DNA of 64,000 nt from Pseudogymnoascus verrucosus (lineage: Eukaryota). The notes under the pieces were generated by a model. It had not been told where the DNA came from, made no database searches, and worked only from the letters and a program-made list of their open reading frames with translations. Location of the stretch: NCBI GenBank assembly GCA_001662655.1, contig KV460213.1; one strand, written 5' to 3'. This document shows positions 16,387-28,913 of the stretch, in pieces. A program made the position numbers and the translations under genes. How positions within the stretch are numbered: the stretch's first letter is position 1; each line of letters starts with the position of its first letter.

Positions 16387-16917
16387 AGGGTTACAATCAA
16401 TCGGCTAGTCACCCATAAGGAGTGGTAAAGAGATAGATTCTCTTAGCTTAAACCGCCATTATAAATCCCTAACTACGTAGGTACCTCTGGGTTTTTAGGC
16501 GGCACGAGCAATCGTGGTGCCGGGAAATTATCACCTTTTTGGTAGTATGAACCACCGCAGCAAAAACCACCAAGTAATACAGTATATGGGCACAGTATAG
16601 CGAACAAATCAATTAATAAACGGATCTAACTTGGCCTACAATATCATCCCGTCGGCCCGTGGTTTACGCCGTGCTTATTAGCGCTAAAGGCCCCAAAGGG
16701 AAGCTACAACTCAAGCTGCAGATTGTAGCTTGCCTTCGCCCCCCTTGGCGATTGTGAGGCCTCACTTCACTGCCACATACTTTCAGGTATAAAAAGGTCG
16801 AAGAATGGAGCGCCACCCTCGATTGAAAACTCTAATATTTTATATTCCCAACAAAGACTTTCCTCAAACCTCCAGTCCGTTTATCCTACCTTGGTATCTA
16901 AACTCTCACTTTCCACC

Positions 16918-17457
16918 ATGAAATTCCAGCTCTCCACATTTGTCGGCCTTTTGCTGTCCCTTACTGCTCTGGCCGCTCCAACAGCTGAAGATGCTACTGC
17001 TCTCGCAGATGTCGTTGACGCTCGATCAGAGGCCCAGGACACCTCTCCTGAAGCATTAGGGTTAGAGGCCCGCAAAGTAACCACTTGCATTATCATCAAT
17101 TCCGATTCCAAACGGGTGAACTGCCGCAAAGGACCAGGCTTCAGCTACCCTGATATTGGCGAGAGCGTATATATAGAAGTGGGGAATGCTTACCCCTTTG
17201 GCTGCTACAAGAAGGGCGACTGCTATCAGGGCAATTGGTAGGTGGCTCCTTCCTCACTACCTGGTAATGAGGTGCGAGGTTGAACTGGATAAACTGACGC
17301 CGAATAGCACCTGGCAGAAACTTGCTACCATTAACTGCTACGTTAATGGATATTATACTGACCCTCGTTGCACTGCCGGTACGTATTAGTTTTTGTCAGG
17401 CATGATGGAGGATATCAAAGCTAACTTGTGGCTGTAGCTGCTCTTGGAAAGTGCTAG
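16918..17457 (+). CDS. Small secreted cysteine-rich protein with a stand-alone SH3b-like domain (136 aa)
   Basis: Exons 16918-17237, 17308-17378 and 17438-17457, all with canonical GT-AG and branch sites. Signal peptide, acidic propeptide ending LEAR, VNCRKGPGFSY motif, 8 Cys, and TATAAAA near 16788. Confidence 0.8.
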
Positions 17458-18018
17458 AGGGCTACCATTTATCAATCTAATGAGGGTTGCTTGGGGGGGA
17501 GGCGGGAGGCGCGGCTGAGGGCAGGTGGCGAGGTTTGTGTTGTGCACTTCAAGGAATGTAGGAACCATACTCTGCGGCACTTTTGCATATAGCTGCTATC
17601 AAAACATTTAGAAAGGGAAAAATAAAAACGCCTAAATGAACGCCGACTGATTTTGTGGATGAGTTGTTCGAAAGTGGCTGTGCTAAGCCTTCATTGGCCG
17701 TATGTTGTATATTGTACGGGGATAGTTGATAATTGTGGCGAAGTAGCAGATTAGGATAGTTCCTCTTCAAGCTTTAGACCAACATGTGTTATCACATAGG
17801 CCATAATCACCACTACCAAAAGGAACGATACTCAGTCCCAGAGCTTCAGGCGTTGTAATCATGCTAATTCGCTATCAAGACTATAGAGATAATCGTCCCA
17901 AATATCCTTCTGATATACACATACTTCCCACTATACTAACACAGACCCCCAGCCCCTCCGACACCTAAAAAGCAAGCTCCCTACTAATACACCCACATAC
18001 AACACCAACCAGTGTCAT

Positions 18019-19510
18019 CTACGAGTCGGCGTAATCAGTCGAGCCACTCGTCTTCGCAGGATTCGCTGCAGAGGTCTGGCTCGTCGTCTCCTTCGCCTTT
18101 GCGGAGGACGTGCTCGCAGCCGCTGTGGTGGTGCTACTATCCCACCGTTAGGTTCTGCCAGAAGGAGACGCATCAGGCAGTGCAGTCACTCACGAAGACT
18201 TCTTCTCTCCCTCTGTCGCCGGCTTCTTATCGTCTGTTGCGATCTTCTTATCCTTCACCGACGCAGCTGCTGCGTCGTCGGCCTTGGGCGTCTCCTCGGT
18301 CTTTGGCTTCTCCTCGGTATTTGCCTTCTCCTCGGTCTTCGGCTTCTCTGCTTCCTTTTTGGCATCCTCTGCATCCTTTCTTGCTTTCTCTGCGTCGGCT
18401 GCTTGTTCCTTCTTAAGATCAGCTGCGTCGTCCATAGACATCATTTTCATGTTGCCGAGGAGAATCTTCGTCTCGGGGCAGTAATCGAAGATCTGGCGCC
18501 TGCGAGTCGCATTGCCCCAGACTATAGGGTCTTGGAGTTTACCGGAGCCGCGGATGTGGTATCCCAGGGGTCTCTCGACGTACAGGGACTCGACGCTAAA
18601 GTATTTCTCCTCCTGGGCTGGAGCGGCGTTCTTCAGGCGCTCGCACACCCATGTATCCTCCCATTGCCGATGTCCTGGTTCGCGGGAGTCTTTCTTGAGG
18701 ACTTCGATGATAGGGGGGATGTGGCGGAGGGAGAGCCCGCCGTTGCCGCCGGGGACATCTCCGTTCCACGGCGCGCCGGTCCAGTCGTAGCCCTTTGCCA
18801 CCCAGTCGTCGATGTTCTGCTCGGAGGCGGAGCAGATAATCGAGTCGGTCTGGAAGAAGAGGGCCCATTCCGCCGGAGCGAGGAATTCGGAGTAGAATGT
18901 GACATTTGTGAGTGTCTGGGAGATGCTCTCAGACGAGTCGACGGGGTAGTATGAGGGTAGTTCTTGAAGCTGGAGCTTCTTCGATGCGATGTGTTGCTTT
19001 AGGGAATACGACTTGTGCACCACTGCGAAGGCTTCTTGCGACCCAACCAGCTTGACGACCCAGGCGGGTGGGAGAGTTGCGATGAAGTGGGTGAGGAGCG
19101 GGGGGAGCACGTTGGTGGGGCGCGTCTCGATGATCAACGCAATGCGCTTGGGGTCGAGTCCCGGTGCGACTGTTGCTGCTCCTTGTCCAGTGTGTGGTGT
19201 CTCGGGGATCTTGGGCATATGCTCGGTGTCGTATTCGGACCCGGAGTATAGAGGTTCTACATTTGGCCCCAATGGCTCGTTTGCTTTTTGTTCCTTTTCG
19301 CCTTTACTGAGAGAACCAGACCGGAACACCCCCGACGCTGAGGGCAAGTTGTCGCCGCCATAGGCGAAAAGCGCAATCGCAGCACTGAATGTATTTGTTA
19401 GCTAAAGAATTGCGAAATCGCGGCATCGGTAGAATGTCGTGGACGTACATGAAAATGAAAATAAAGAAGGCGCTGCGCTGCACCCTCTTACTGTGCCATA
19501 TTGGGTTCAT
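18019..19510 (-). CDS. DUF5672-type (glycosyltransferase-like) type II membrane protein
   Basis: Exon 1 MNPIWHSKRVQRSAFFIFIF splices to IAAIALFAYGG (N-terminal TM). Motifs FQTDS, YDWTGAPW, GGNGGLSLR and WED. Lys/Glu-rich tail and a short terminal exon ending TAG at 18019. Confidence 0.72.
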
Positions 19511-20472
19511 TCGAACAACGAGGCTCTCTGAGAGAACCGTCACCGAGGGGTGTTCGTGATGATCGACTCGTGGCGATTATTAACAGAGTAGCTATCCCCT
19601 AGCTATTCGCATTGAGTCTCGGGGTATTCGTGGGGAGTGAGGTTGGAACAGTTGGCCGACAAATGTGGCTGCTTGTACGGGGGTGGATAGGAACCTGGCC
19701 GGAAATGCTATAAATATTTGGCGCAGGAGCCAAGCCAAGCGCAAGGCGGCGTAGCACCAAAAAAAGGGGCGATAAGACTAAGCGGCGAAAGGTAAATAAG
19801 AGGTTCAACTCGACACAATTACTTGTTTAAAAACATGTTAGAAAAATAACATCACATGAGAAACCCTTCAGGGTATTTACTTGAATTTTCTGATAATTTT
19901 TACAATATAAAGTCAGGGAGACCTCTCATAATTCTATTCTCGTAGGCGTTATTCAAGCTACACGCCGCAAGCAATTAAGCGAAGCGCGTCGCGCTACCCC
20001 AACTTTCGTATCTCAGGCACTTGATCCACAAGAATCCACGTGCGACGCAGCACGTGCAACAACCCCAGGTATATCTCCAATATATACGAACAAATTTAAG
20101 ATGCACCAACGTATAAACATAAGGTGTATATATATATATTACACTCTTTCCCTTCCTAAAGACCACGATTACTCATCGCCCTGAGTATCAGTAATCCGTA
20201 CTGCCTCCATACGTAGCCAATTATAAACTCCCTCGGGTAGATGGGACATGACCGAAGGGACCCCTCTGATAAGACCCTATCGATAACGAGGGTTTCGGCA
20301 AAGAAAAGGGACGACGCCGAGTCACCGAGACTATTCTCCGAGGTCTCCAGATCACCCAGAGAATGAGATATGCGACCCGGCAACATCTATATATACCATC
20401 CTGAATAGACTCGAGCTTGAACGTCCATCCAAGGCCGGATAGGACAGGCAGCTCCCTCGCCACGGCCCTGCA

Positions 20473-22002
20473 ATGTCGCCGATTTCGTCACATCCTGCAT
20501 CCCCCGCAGTGCTCAAGACCCTTGGCAATGGAGGAGAATACGAGCACCACGAGCACCGGCGGACACGCACGAACACGGCTGAGATAGATAATACCATCAG
20601 CCATCCTGGCTCGGTGAAGATCAATGTTGAGGGCGCCTTTATCGTCGACAGGGACTCGACGTCGCCGAATCGGTCCGGTGTCGATGGGGCGAATCATGAG
20701 ACGACCGATATTAGGCTGCCAAACCACACAGCTGTTGTGAGCCATATTGCCGTAGACGTAAGATATCCCCCATGGTGTGTACCAAGACCGAGTTCTAACC
20801 GTGTGGCAGATTGGAGGATCTCTAGCCAAACTCGTATACTTCTCGCGCGAACCGCCACCAGCGAAGCCGGGCGGACGCCTGAACTTCATGAGCTTCGAGA
20901 CCGACAGGATTGACGATTGCATAAAGTTCATGAAGCAGCTGAAACTCAAGCAGCAAGCACTTAACGGCTCAGAGCCAGGCGAGCTATGCTTGATGGCGAC
21001 GGGTGGGGGCGCATTTAAGTTCTACGACAAGATAAAGGAGGCGCTGGGGGTTGATATTGTGCGGGAGGATGAGATGGAATGTCTGATTATCGGTTAGTAC
21101 TTTCATTTCCGAGATCTGTGACATACTCTAATGCGATAACTGCAGGTCTCGATTTCTTCATCACCGAAATTCCTCGCGAGGTCTTCACTTACAGCGAAAC
21201 CGATCCAATGCAATTCGCCGAAGCACGTGCTGACATATACCCATACTTGCTTGTTAATATTGGTTCGGGTGTGTCTATGATCAAGGTTTCGGGTCCGAAG
21301 GAGTTCCAGCGAGTCGGCGGTACCTCGTTGGGCGGGGGAACTCTATGGGGTCTATTATCCTTACTCACCGGTGCGAGAACGTTCGACGACATGCTGGGAA
21401 TGGCCGAGCGTGGAGACAACACGAAAGTGGACATGTTAGTCGGCGACATTTATGGCGCAGATTATGGCAAGATAGGGCTGAAGTCGACGACAATTGCGAG
21501 CAGTTTTGGTAAAGTGTTCCGCATGAAGAGAGAGGCGGAGATGGAGGCAGAAGACACCGGTGGATTTGACGAGGGCGTTGACCGTGATATGTCTCCAATA
21601 ATAGAAGCTCCTTCACCACCAGCGCCGCAAGATGAACCGAGGGACGCGCCCTTTGACGGAGCCGATGTATCGCGATCACTGCTATACGCAATCTCGAACA
21701 ACATTGGCCAGATCGCCTACCTGCAATCGGAGAAGCACAAGCTTGAACATATCTATTTTGGAGGCAGTTTTATCAGAGGCCACAGGCAAACGATGAACAC
21801 ACTGAGCTATGCCATCAAGTTTTGGAGTCAGGGCCAGAAGAAGGCGTATTTCCTGCGACACGAGGGCTACCTGGGATCTGTTGGCGCGTTCCTAAAGAGA
21901 CAGCCTAAGAACTGGGGCCGAAGGGGCAGTTTCGATGATGGGATTGGAGGGCCGTTCAGGAGGGGAGATGCAGCGAGAGATGCTGAAGGCATGGAGGAGT
22001 AA
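20473..22002 (+). CDS. CAB1: Type II (eukaryotic) pantothenate kinase
   Basis: AVD joined to IGGSLAK across an intron, ATGGGA, EDEMECL, LVNIGSGVS, GGTSLGGGT and LRHEGYLG. Introns near 20758-20809 and 21093-21145. Confidence 0.93.
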
Positions 22003-22887
22003 GGCACCAGAAGACTCGTCAGGTCTCTTGGATGTCATGGAAGCGGATAATGCATATTTTTTTTTTGGAGTTTTGGGGCGCTTGGGAGCATTTATACATT
22101 GTAAACAACTCAACGGGAGGCAATCATTTTAGAAGCATTGTAACAGTCTACGAACCAGCGGAGGCCATTTGATGCAATTCTGGGTGGTGGACAAGCTCAT
22201 CAAATAGAGTCTATTCAAATTTGGACTGTACAGTACTTTACATATGCGCAAAAAAAATCTATATACTCGTGTCTGAAGAGGGAATGCGTATAGCTCAGGA
22301 TTAATACTAACAACCCAATGTCATAGAATTTATACCCCTTCAGTTCCTTTTGTCAATAACTGACTTACTAATTGGAGTCCTGACTGATCGAACGCCTTGA
22401 CTTAAATTACAGTTGCTGTAATCGCTGCTGTTATGTACAGTCCCTCTCACTCGGCACGAATATCATATTAATTGGAATACAATGAATCTAACACGTGGTT
22501 TAATTGGCATCTTTTATGGTTTATCAAGGACAATAAATTACGTGACACCAAAGGAGGGGAGATTCTGTAGATCGTACCAAGCTTTTTGACAAAAGCTTGT
22601 CAAGTTTGGGGGTGTGTCGTCATTAACCAACCCCACTGGCCAACCCCGCATGAGAACTTATAGCTGCTTAAACCTGGTCAGCTCATTGCAAGGAATCAAT
22701 TGAATCATTATAAGTCGTCAGCCTGCCCATTGATGATCTTCTCACCGATCTATCTCTTTCAATTCTACCATCTCTTAAGGCATAGTTATCATCTTGCATC
22801 CCTACTCTCATATTTCACAAAAGCAACTCTCAATTGATCCAGAAACCCTCAATCGAAGCCTACAGTTTACTACCTCATACCCTTACA

Positions 22888-24054
22888 ATGTGCCGCTGGT
22901 TTGCATACATCGCTCCATCTGAGGAATGTCTCCTCGAAGATGTCCTCATAGGCATGATAACTCTCACCCCATACCATCCTCTCAACCTCTAACACCCCCC
23001 AGCCCCAGCCCACGCAATCTCCAAACAAGTAAACCACCACTACCTCCCCTTCCTCCTCTCCCACGACCCCAAAGTCCACGCCGGCACCACCACCCAAGCC
23101 GAAGTAAGCCAGCGCAACGCCCTGTTCAACGTCGACGGCTTCGGCATGTCCTGGTACACCCCCACCAAATCGGAATTCACCCCCTCCGCCCCCGGCTCCA
23201 GCAGCACCACCGGCCCAATCCTGCACCCTGCAGTCTACAAAATCACCCACCCAGCCTTGCACACCACGAACTTCCAAACCATCTGCGCCGCCACCTCAAG
23301 CACCTGCGTTATGGCCCACATCCGCGCTGCCTCCACCGGCGTCATTGCGGAGGTGAACACGCACCCTTTCGTCTTCGGGAGACACACGATAATGCACAAT
23401 GGGTATATCTCCTCCTACCCCGCCATCGCGCGCCAGATGGCCGGCCTAATGTCCGAGGAGGCACACACCCACATCACAGGGCGCACCGACTCCGAAGCCC
23501 TCGCCGCGCTGTACATGACGTACCTCACCTCCGGCGCTGGTCACGGGACCGGGACAGACGCGTGGGAGATGGCGTATACTCCCAAGGAGATGATGGCTGC
23601 GCTGCAGAATACGATTAGTACGATTATCGAACTGCAGCGAACACTAGGGGAGGAGGTGGAGCCGAATGACCTCAACGTCTGTGTATCCGACGGACGGCAG
23701 TTAGTGGCTAGTCGGTTCAGGAACCACGCGACGCAGCAGCCGCCGAGTTTGTATCACAGTGCATCGGCGGGTGTGACGCTGAATCGGAAGTACCCCGATG
23801 AGGCGGATGGGGCGGGCGGGAGATGGGGGGAGGCGAAGGGGGAGATGGGGACGCATGGGATTAAGGCTGAGGGGAGGAACCCGAGGGCGCATAAGGGGGT
23901 GGGGGAGCATGGGAGGCATGTGATTGTGGCGAGTGAGCCGACGACGTATAAGAAGTGTGAGTGGGAGCTGATTGAGAAGAATCGAGCTATTGTGGTGAAT
24001 GAAAAGGGGGGGGTGGAGTTTGTGGATGTGACGTATGCGGGGCAGGAGGTGTAG
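22888..24054 (+). CDS. Class II (Ntn) glutamine amidotransferase-like protein, Dug3/EgtC family
   Basis: MCRWFAY with N-terminal Cys nucleophile, NVDGFG, AHIRAAS, NTHPF, MHNG, TDSE and VASEP. The frame is restored by a GC-AG intron at 22952-23002. Confidence 0.85.
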
Positions 24055-24308
24055 TGGGGATGGTGGTTGGTGGTGTTAAGGGTTGTATTTAAGTGCTGTC
24101 TGGCAAGAACCTTCTGTACTTACTGGGATTGTGAGTTCTTGGATATTTATTACTTGCAGATTACATAGGCCGTAGATTCAAAAAGTTCACGAAAGCAGTT
24201 GAATTAGATTCTCAACCTATATAGAGGAGCATGATTTGTATTCATAACTATGTATTTTCTCATGAAATGGGCAGCAACCAGATTCAATAAAGCAAGACCG
24301 CCACCTTA

Positions 24309-27300
24309 TTAGCTCATTCTTTGCAGTTTCTCCAGTGCACTTTCTTCAATTTCAAGAGTGACTTCTTCTCCATAGTCGCTCCCATCCTCAAACTCGTCGG
24401 CATCGTTGGTATCTCCTTGGATTTTTGCACTGGCTATGTCTGCCAGCAGTTCTTCTGCGCCTGTCACACTACACTCAGCGCCCAAGTCAGCCACATCATG
24501 GCAATGGTCACCTAGGTCAGCCAAATCTGCATGGCTTTCGGAGCCAGCAATGTCTACCAGCAGTTCTTCAGCGCCAGTCACACCACACTCAGCGCCCAAG
24601 TCAGCCAGATCGTGACAATGGCCACCCAGATCAGCTAAATCTTCATAGTGTGAGTTCACGCGGCTGCATTCGGAAGTCTGGGTGATGCTGAGCAATTCTT
24701 CTTGCTGATGATTTGCTTCGAGGAAGTTGGCGAGGAGGTCCATGGAGGTTTTGGGGAGGTTGGGAGTTTCATCCAGGTCATGTTTCAATTGTGGTTCATC
24801 TTGGACTTTGCTCGTCTCATCCGGGATGTTATATGGCAGGATAACTTCATCGCCGTCAGAATCGACAGCATCAGGCCGAAAGAGATCTAGCAATTCACCA
24901 CGATGGGTGACTCCATCCGCAGTCTCAATATAATCCTCGTGATCATCTTCGTCAGACATAGCAAGCCGAGGTTTCTTGGCTTTTGCCTCATTCCTCGTAA
25001 TGAACGACAAGCCGACATCCTCCAGAGTAGTTGGTTCGCTTCCCGTCGCAATTCTTCCAAGCACCGACTGGAATATCCATGGGAAACTCATCAGGGGCAT
25101 CGACTTCGGCTCCATCTTCCGCTTCGGAACATCTCTCCCACCAATCGTCTTCATCGTGCGGCACTCGTGAAGTGCAATGGCCAATTCCTCGCAAGTGACT
25201 TGATACATGGCAGCAGCGAACGGTCCCAAAGCTTTGAAATCGTTTCCCCCAGCAGCCTCAACACAGATCTCCTTGAAGCGAGCTTTGAGGGTTGAGCTGA
25301 TGATTCCCATCTCCTCTTGTACTTTGTAGTCTGACCCGACACGCGGCTTGGACAGGACGAAGGAAGTCCAGACCTCGAACTCGGTTTCGATGTCGTGTTG
25401 GGCCATAATACGCCGCATCGCTGTGTCGTACTGTGATTTAATCTGTCTCGCGGCCTTCAGGATTGCTCTATCCTCTGGGTAAGCCCTCAGGATCCTCTTA
25501 TCAAAGGGTGATTCGTAGTGGGGAATGAAATCGACGCTCTCGACTTTGTCGTAGAGCTGGCCCAGGATTTTCTCCGAGACGTAAATTTGCTCCTTTGGCT
25601 TGTGTTTCTTCTCCATGAAATGGGGCCACTTGCGAGGTCGCAGATACTTGGGCATCTCGGCTGGAATACCGCTCTTGACGAAATCAACAGCCTTGGAATG
25701 CAAAGCGGCGAGTTCCAGGCCTGGAGTAAGTTAGCATTGGTGTCTTCCAATAGCAATACTCTGCGAAGGGGCAGAAACTTACACTTCGGGTCTCTCACAG
25801 AGAAATCAAGCTTATCAGACAGCGCAAGGTGGGCATGGGCAATAGTCGGGAGAGTATCACTCTTCATATACTTGACAAAGAACGACATCACATCGTTGAT
25901 CTCAACCGGGCGATTCAACTTCACAGGCGGGGGTGCTGTGTAGTCCATAGGTTCCGCATTCCACTCACGCGGAAGCAAATCCTGATCCCAAATGACGAAG
26001 AAGTCATCGCCATCAAGGTCTCCTCCAGAGCACATCCCAGGGACATCTCTATCTCCCAGCTGTGAGAATACCACCACATCGCGAAGGTGATGTAAAGCTG
26101 GGACGTCAACGGCCTGAACAACTCTGATGTCGCCTGGGTGCAGCGAGGGATTACGCCCAACAAGGCAAAGGCCTTCGATGATAACATTGTGCCGAGGATC
26201 CTTTCTGTCGGTGACTTGGAGGTAGATCTGTGGAAGCTTGTCAATATCTTCGGCTGTGATAGTACCTTTGCCATCATTGGTAGTTTTGCTGTGGCCTCTA
26301 AGGGTTTGAGTTTCATCAGTGCATCCCAAGACGAATGCTCCTTTCTCAACGATAATCTTTGCTTTCTCCTTGAGAAGTTTGATGGACCATGACCTCCACA
26401 AATGGAGAAGGGACAGGATAAATGGTTCATTAGTGCGCATGAATCCGTCCAAGACCATAGCTGCAATCATCATTGTCATATGGTTATCATCCACGTATCT
26501 TCCCAGGAGCTCTAGAGCCTTGTCTGGGTCATTCATGGCGTCCACGTAATTTGAAAGTTGCTCATCAAGCATCCGATTGAAAACATGATCTTCAACCCCC
26601 AGCGCGGATAGGATTGTAATGGTCTGTCGGTTTAAGGTTGCCACAGAATGATTCGAGGTCCTAATAATCTCCAGGCCCATATACTCTGCTGTGAATTTCG
26701 TCTGGCTCTTTCGGATATGAATTTCTTGTCCTTTGGCGTCTGGAGATATCGCGAGGATTCCTTTGCAACCACCCATGCGAAACTGGACCACTGAAGGTTC
26801 ATGCAAGAGGTGAAGCTCTGTTCCAATCATTTTCATAAGAAACGGGGAAATCTTTCCAACCCCATCAGTGAAGTTGTACCCATTACGTTCGACGTCTTGC
26901 AGCTCAAGAACCGTCATTCCGGTGTTACGAATCGCCCGAGTCGTCGAGAAGCAAAGCCCCAGTCGCGCAGCATATTTCGCCACAACATTGATGTGGTGGA
27001 ATTTGCCCATCCAGTCTCTGATCTGGACACAGCTCAACTCATCCGTGGGGCAAAAGAAATAGGCGCCGTTTTCTCGAAACTGGCTGTTTCCAAAGGCGAG
27101 AAACTCAAAGTGGCGATCACCAATCCGGATGCCATTCTTCAGTGTCCGATAGACTCTGGTGAAGAGCTGGTCATTGCGGATTTTATCCGCGCAGGCATTT
27201 ATGCGTCCCTCAAACAACTCATCAGTGAACTGAACTCTGAGAAAACGATCGCCGTATGCAGAGAACTTCCGAATAACGCGATTGGAGGTTTCCACAGTTG

Positions 27301-28846
27301 GGCTACTGAAGTATATTGTTGTTGGAGTGACGGTGGCCTTCCTTGTGTAGGCACAATAAGTCGGAATTTTCGATTTGGGTGAGTGTGCCAACGCATCTGG
27401 ATTCTTGAATATTGACATAACATCATAGATGCGCTTCCCCTGTTCTGAAATGTACTCGAGGATACAAGTGGCTCTTTCTTTGTCGGTGTCTACCAAACTT
27501 GCCAGTTCCTTGACGAACTCGGGGGTGATGTTGTGCACTTCGAGTATATTGCGCGAGATGCAAACTTCAAGCTGATATCTTACTTCGAATGGCAAAATAG
27601 TGCTTTTGTCGCTGTTCTCCATCAAATAGTGCAATTCATCCTTGGCTTCATCAGCATTCGGAGCATCGATCATGTCCCAAACCTTCGCTAGTGCATTGGG
27701 AATTGTGCTGAATGAGTCCAAACCCACAACATCGATGTTGAAATCCTGGAGGGCAGACTGTACGTCGGGGAACACTTTCGAACTCTCATCGTCTTCGCCA
27801 AAAACAAAGAGGTATGTTGTCCAACGTCCGATATCGATCATAGGAGCAGCTTTGTTCAGACTGACAACCGCTTTCCTTACGGCCCCTGAATCTGCAACCA
27901 CATCTGTCACCCTGAACCATGAATCAAACTCGCTCCAGACCAGAGATTGCTTGACGTGGGTTCTTTGTATGTTCAAATCCTTGAGATAGAATTGTGGTGG
28001 GCTGTCCAACGTCAACAGCAGCCCCCAGCGATCGTCATCCAACTTAACTCGATGCATCACCCTCAGCTGGCCGAATGGCACCTGGAACATATGTTTGATC
28101 GATTTCAAGCCTGGGTTGCTTGCCGTTTCGTTCCCGTAGTCAACATCAAAGACTGCTACGATTCTTCTCCGCATTAAATCGATCTTAAGCTTCATCTGAT
28201 TTCTCGCAGGCAGCACCTCAGTCCTCTTCTTCATCATTGCCGTCTCCGAAAACATGACGCCAAAATTGAGTTCCTGGGGGTATAGAGTTGTCACCTCCGG
28301 ATACCATTTCATCTTCCGAATGGGACTCTGAATCTCAAATGAACGCTTCTTTCCTTCTGGAAATACTCTGACGGTATGTTCACTCATCTCAGGAGATTCC
28401 AGGCGGATGCTAATAGGATCGCGGGTCCAAAAATCGGTATTTGGCGGTGGTGAGAATCGGATTCTTGCGCTGTCCTGGCGAACGCCCCTCGAATTCTCGT
28501 GCAGCTCAATGAAGGCAATAGATCCCTCACGCTCAAAGCGTTTGAAGAGATCCCAGGTTGTCATTGTTGCTGGGAGCTGGGAAACGCGCACGGTCAGTTC
28601 GGTCCATTTCTGCCATGGCTCCTTGGTTTTGAGTATGGGGCCGTCGAGTTTGGGACCGGCTGGCTGTTGTTGTGCAGCGTTCATTGTAGGGTTTTGTGGC
28701 CTCCGATTTTGATTTGCCCTCCAATCTGATTTTTGTATTCTGGGGTAGTTTGGCTGAAACCCGCCTCGCTGTGGAGGGTTGCGGCCAGTTCGGGGAAGGG
28801 GGGCGGGCCAGTTTCGCATCTCTGAACCCTCGGTGAATTCAGCCAT
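24309..28846 (-). CDS. Cellular RNA-dependent RNA polymerase (RNAi; probably SAD-1/Rdp1-like)
   Basis: RFLRVQF, KYAARLG, FTDGVG, QFRMGGCKG, RNPSLHPGD, catalytic GGDLDGDD and HSKAVDF. N-terminal RRM-like segment. One intron at 25721-25782. About 1490 aa. Confidence 0.93.
24430..24645 (-). repeat. 114-bp (38-aa) tandem duplication in the RdRP C-terminal tail
   Basis: DLADLGGHCHDLADLGAECGVTGAEELLVDIA versus DLADLGDHCHDVADLGAECSVTGAEELLADIA. DNA offset is 114 (24474 versus 24588). Confidence 0.9.
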
Positions 28847-28913
28847 GCTCACAACAAGTAACTGAGTAGGCAACTGAACTTGGAAACTTCTCGGGCTGAG
28901 TGAAGTTGTCGTG

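Noticed and set aside
22579..22604. Overlapping inverted repeats AAGCTTTTTGACAAAAGCTTGTCAAG
   Set aside because: Too short, and no matching terminal repeat or target-site duplication to suggest a MITE.
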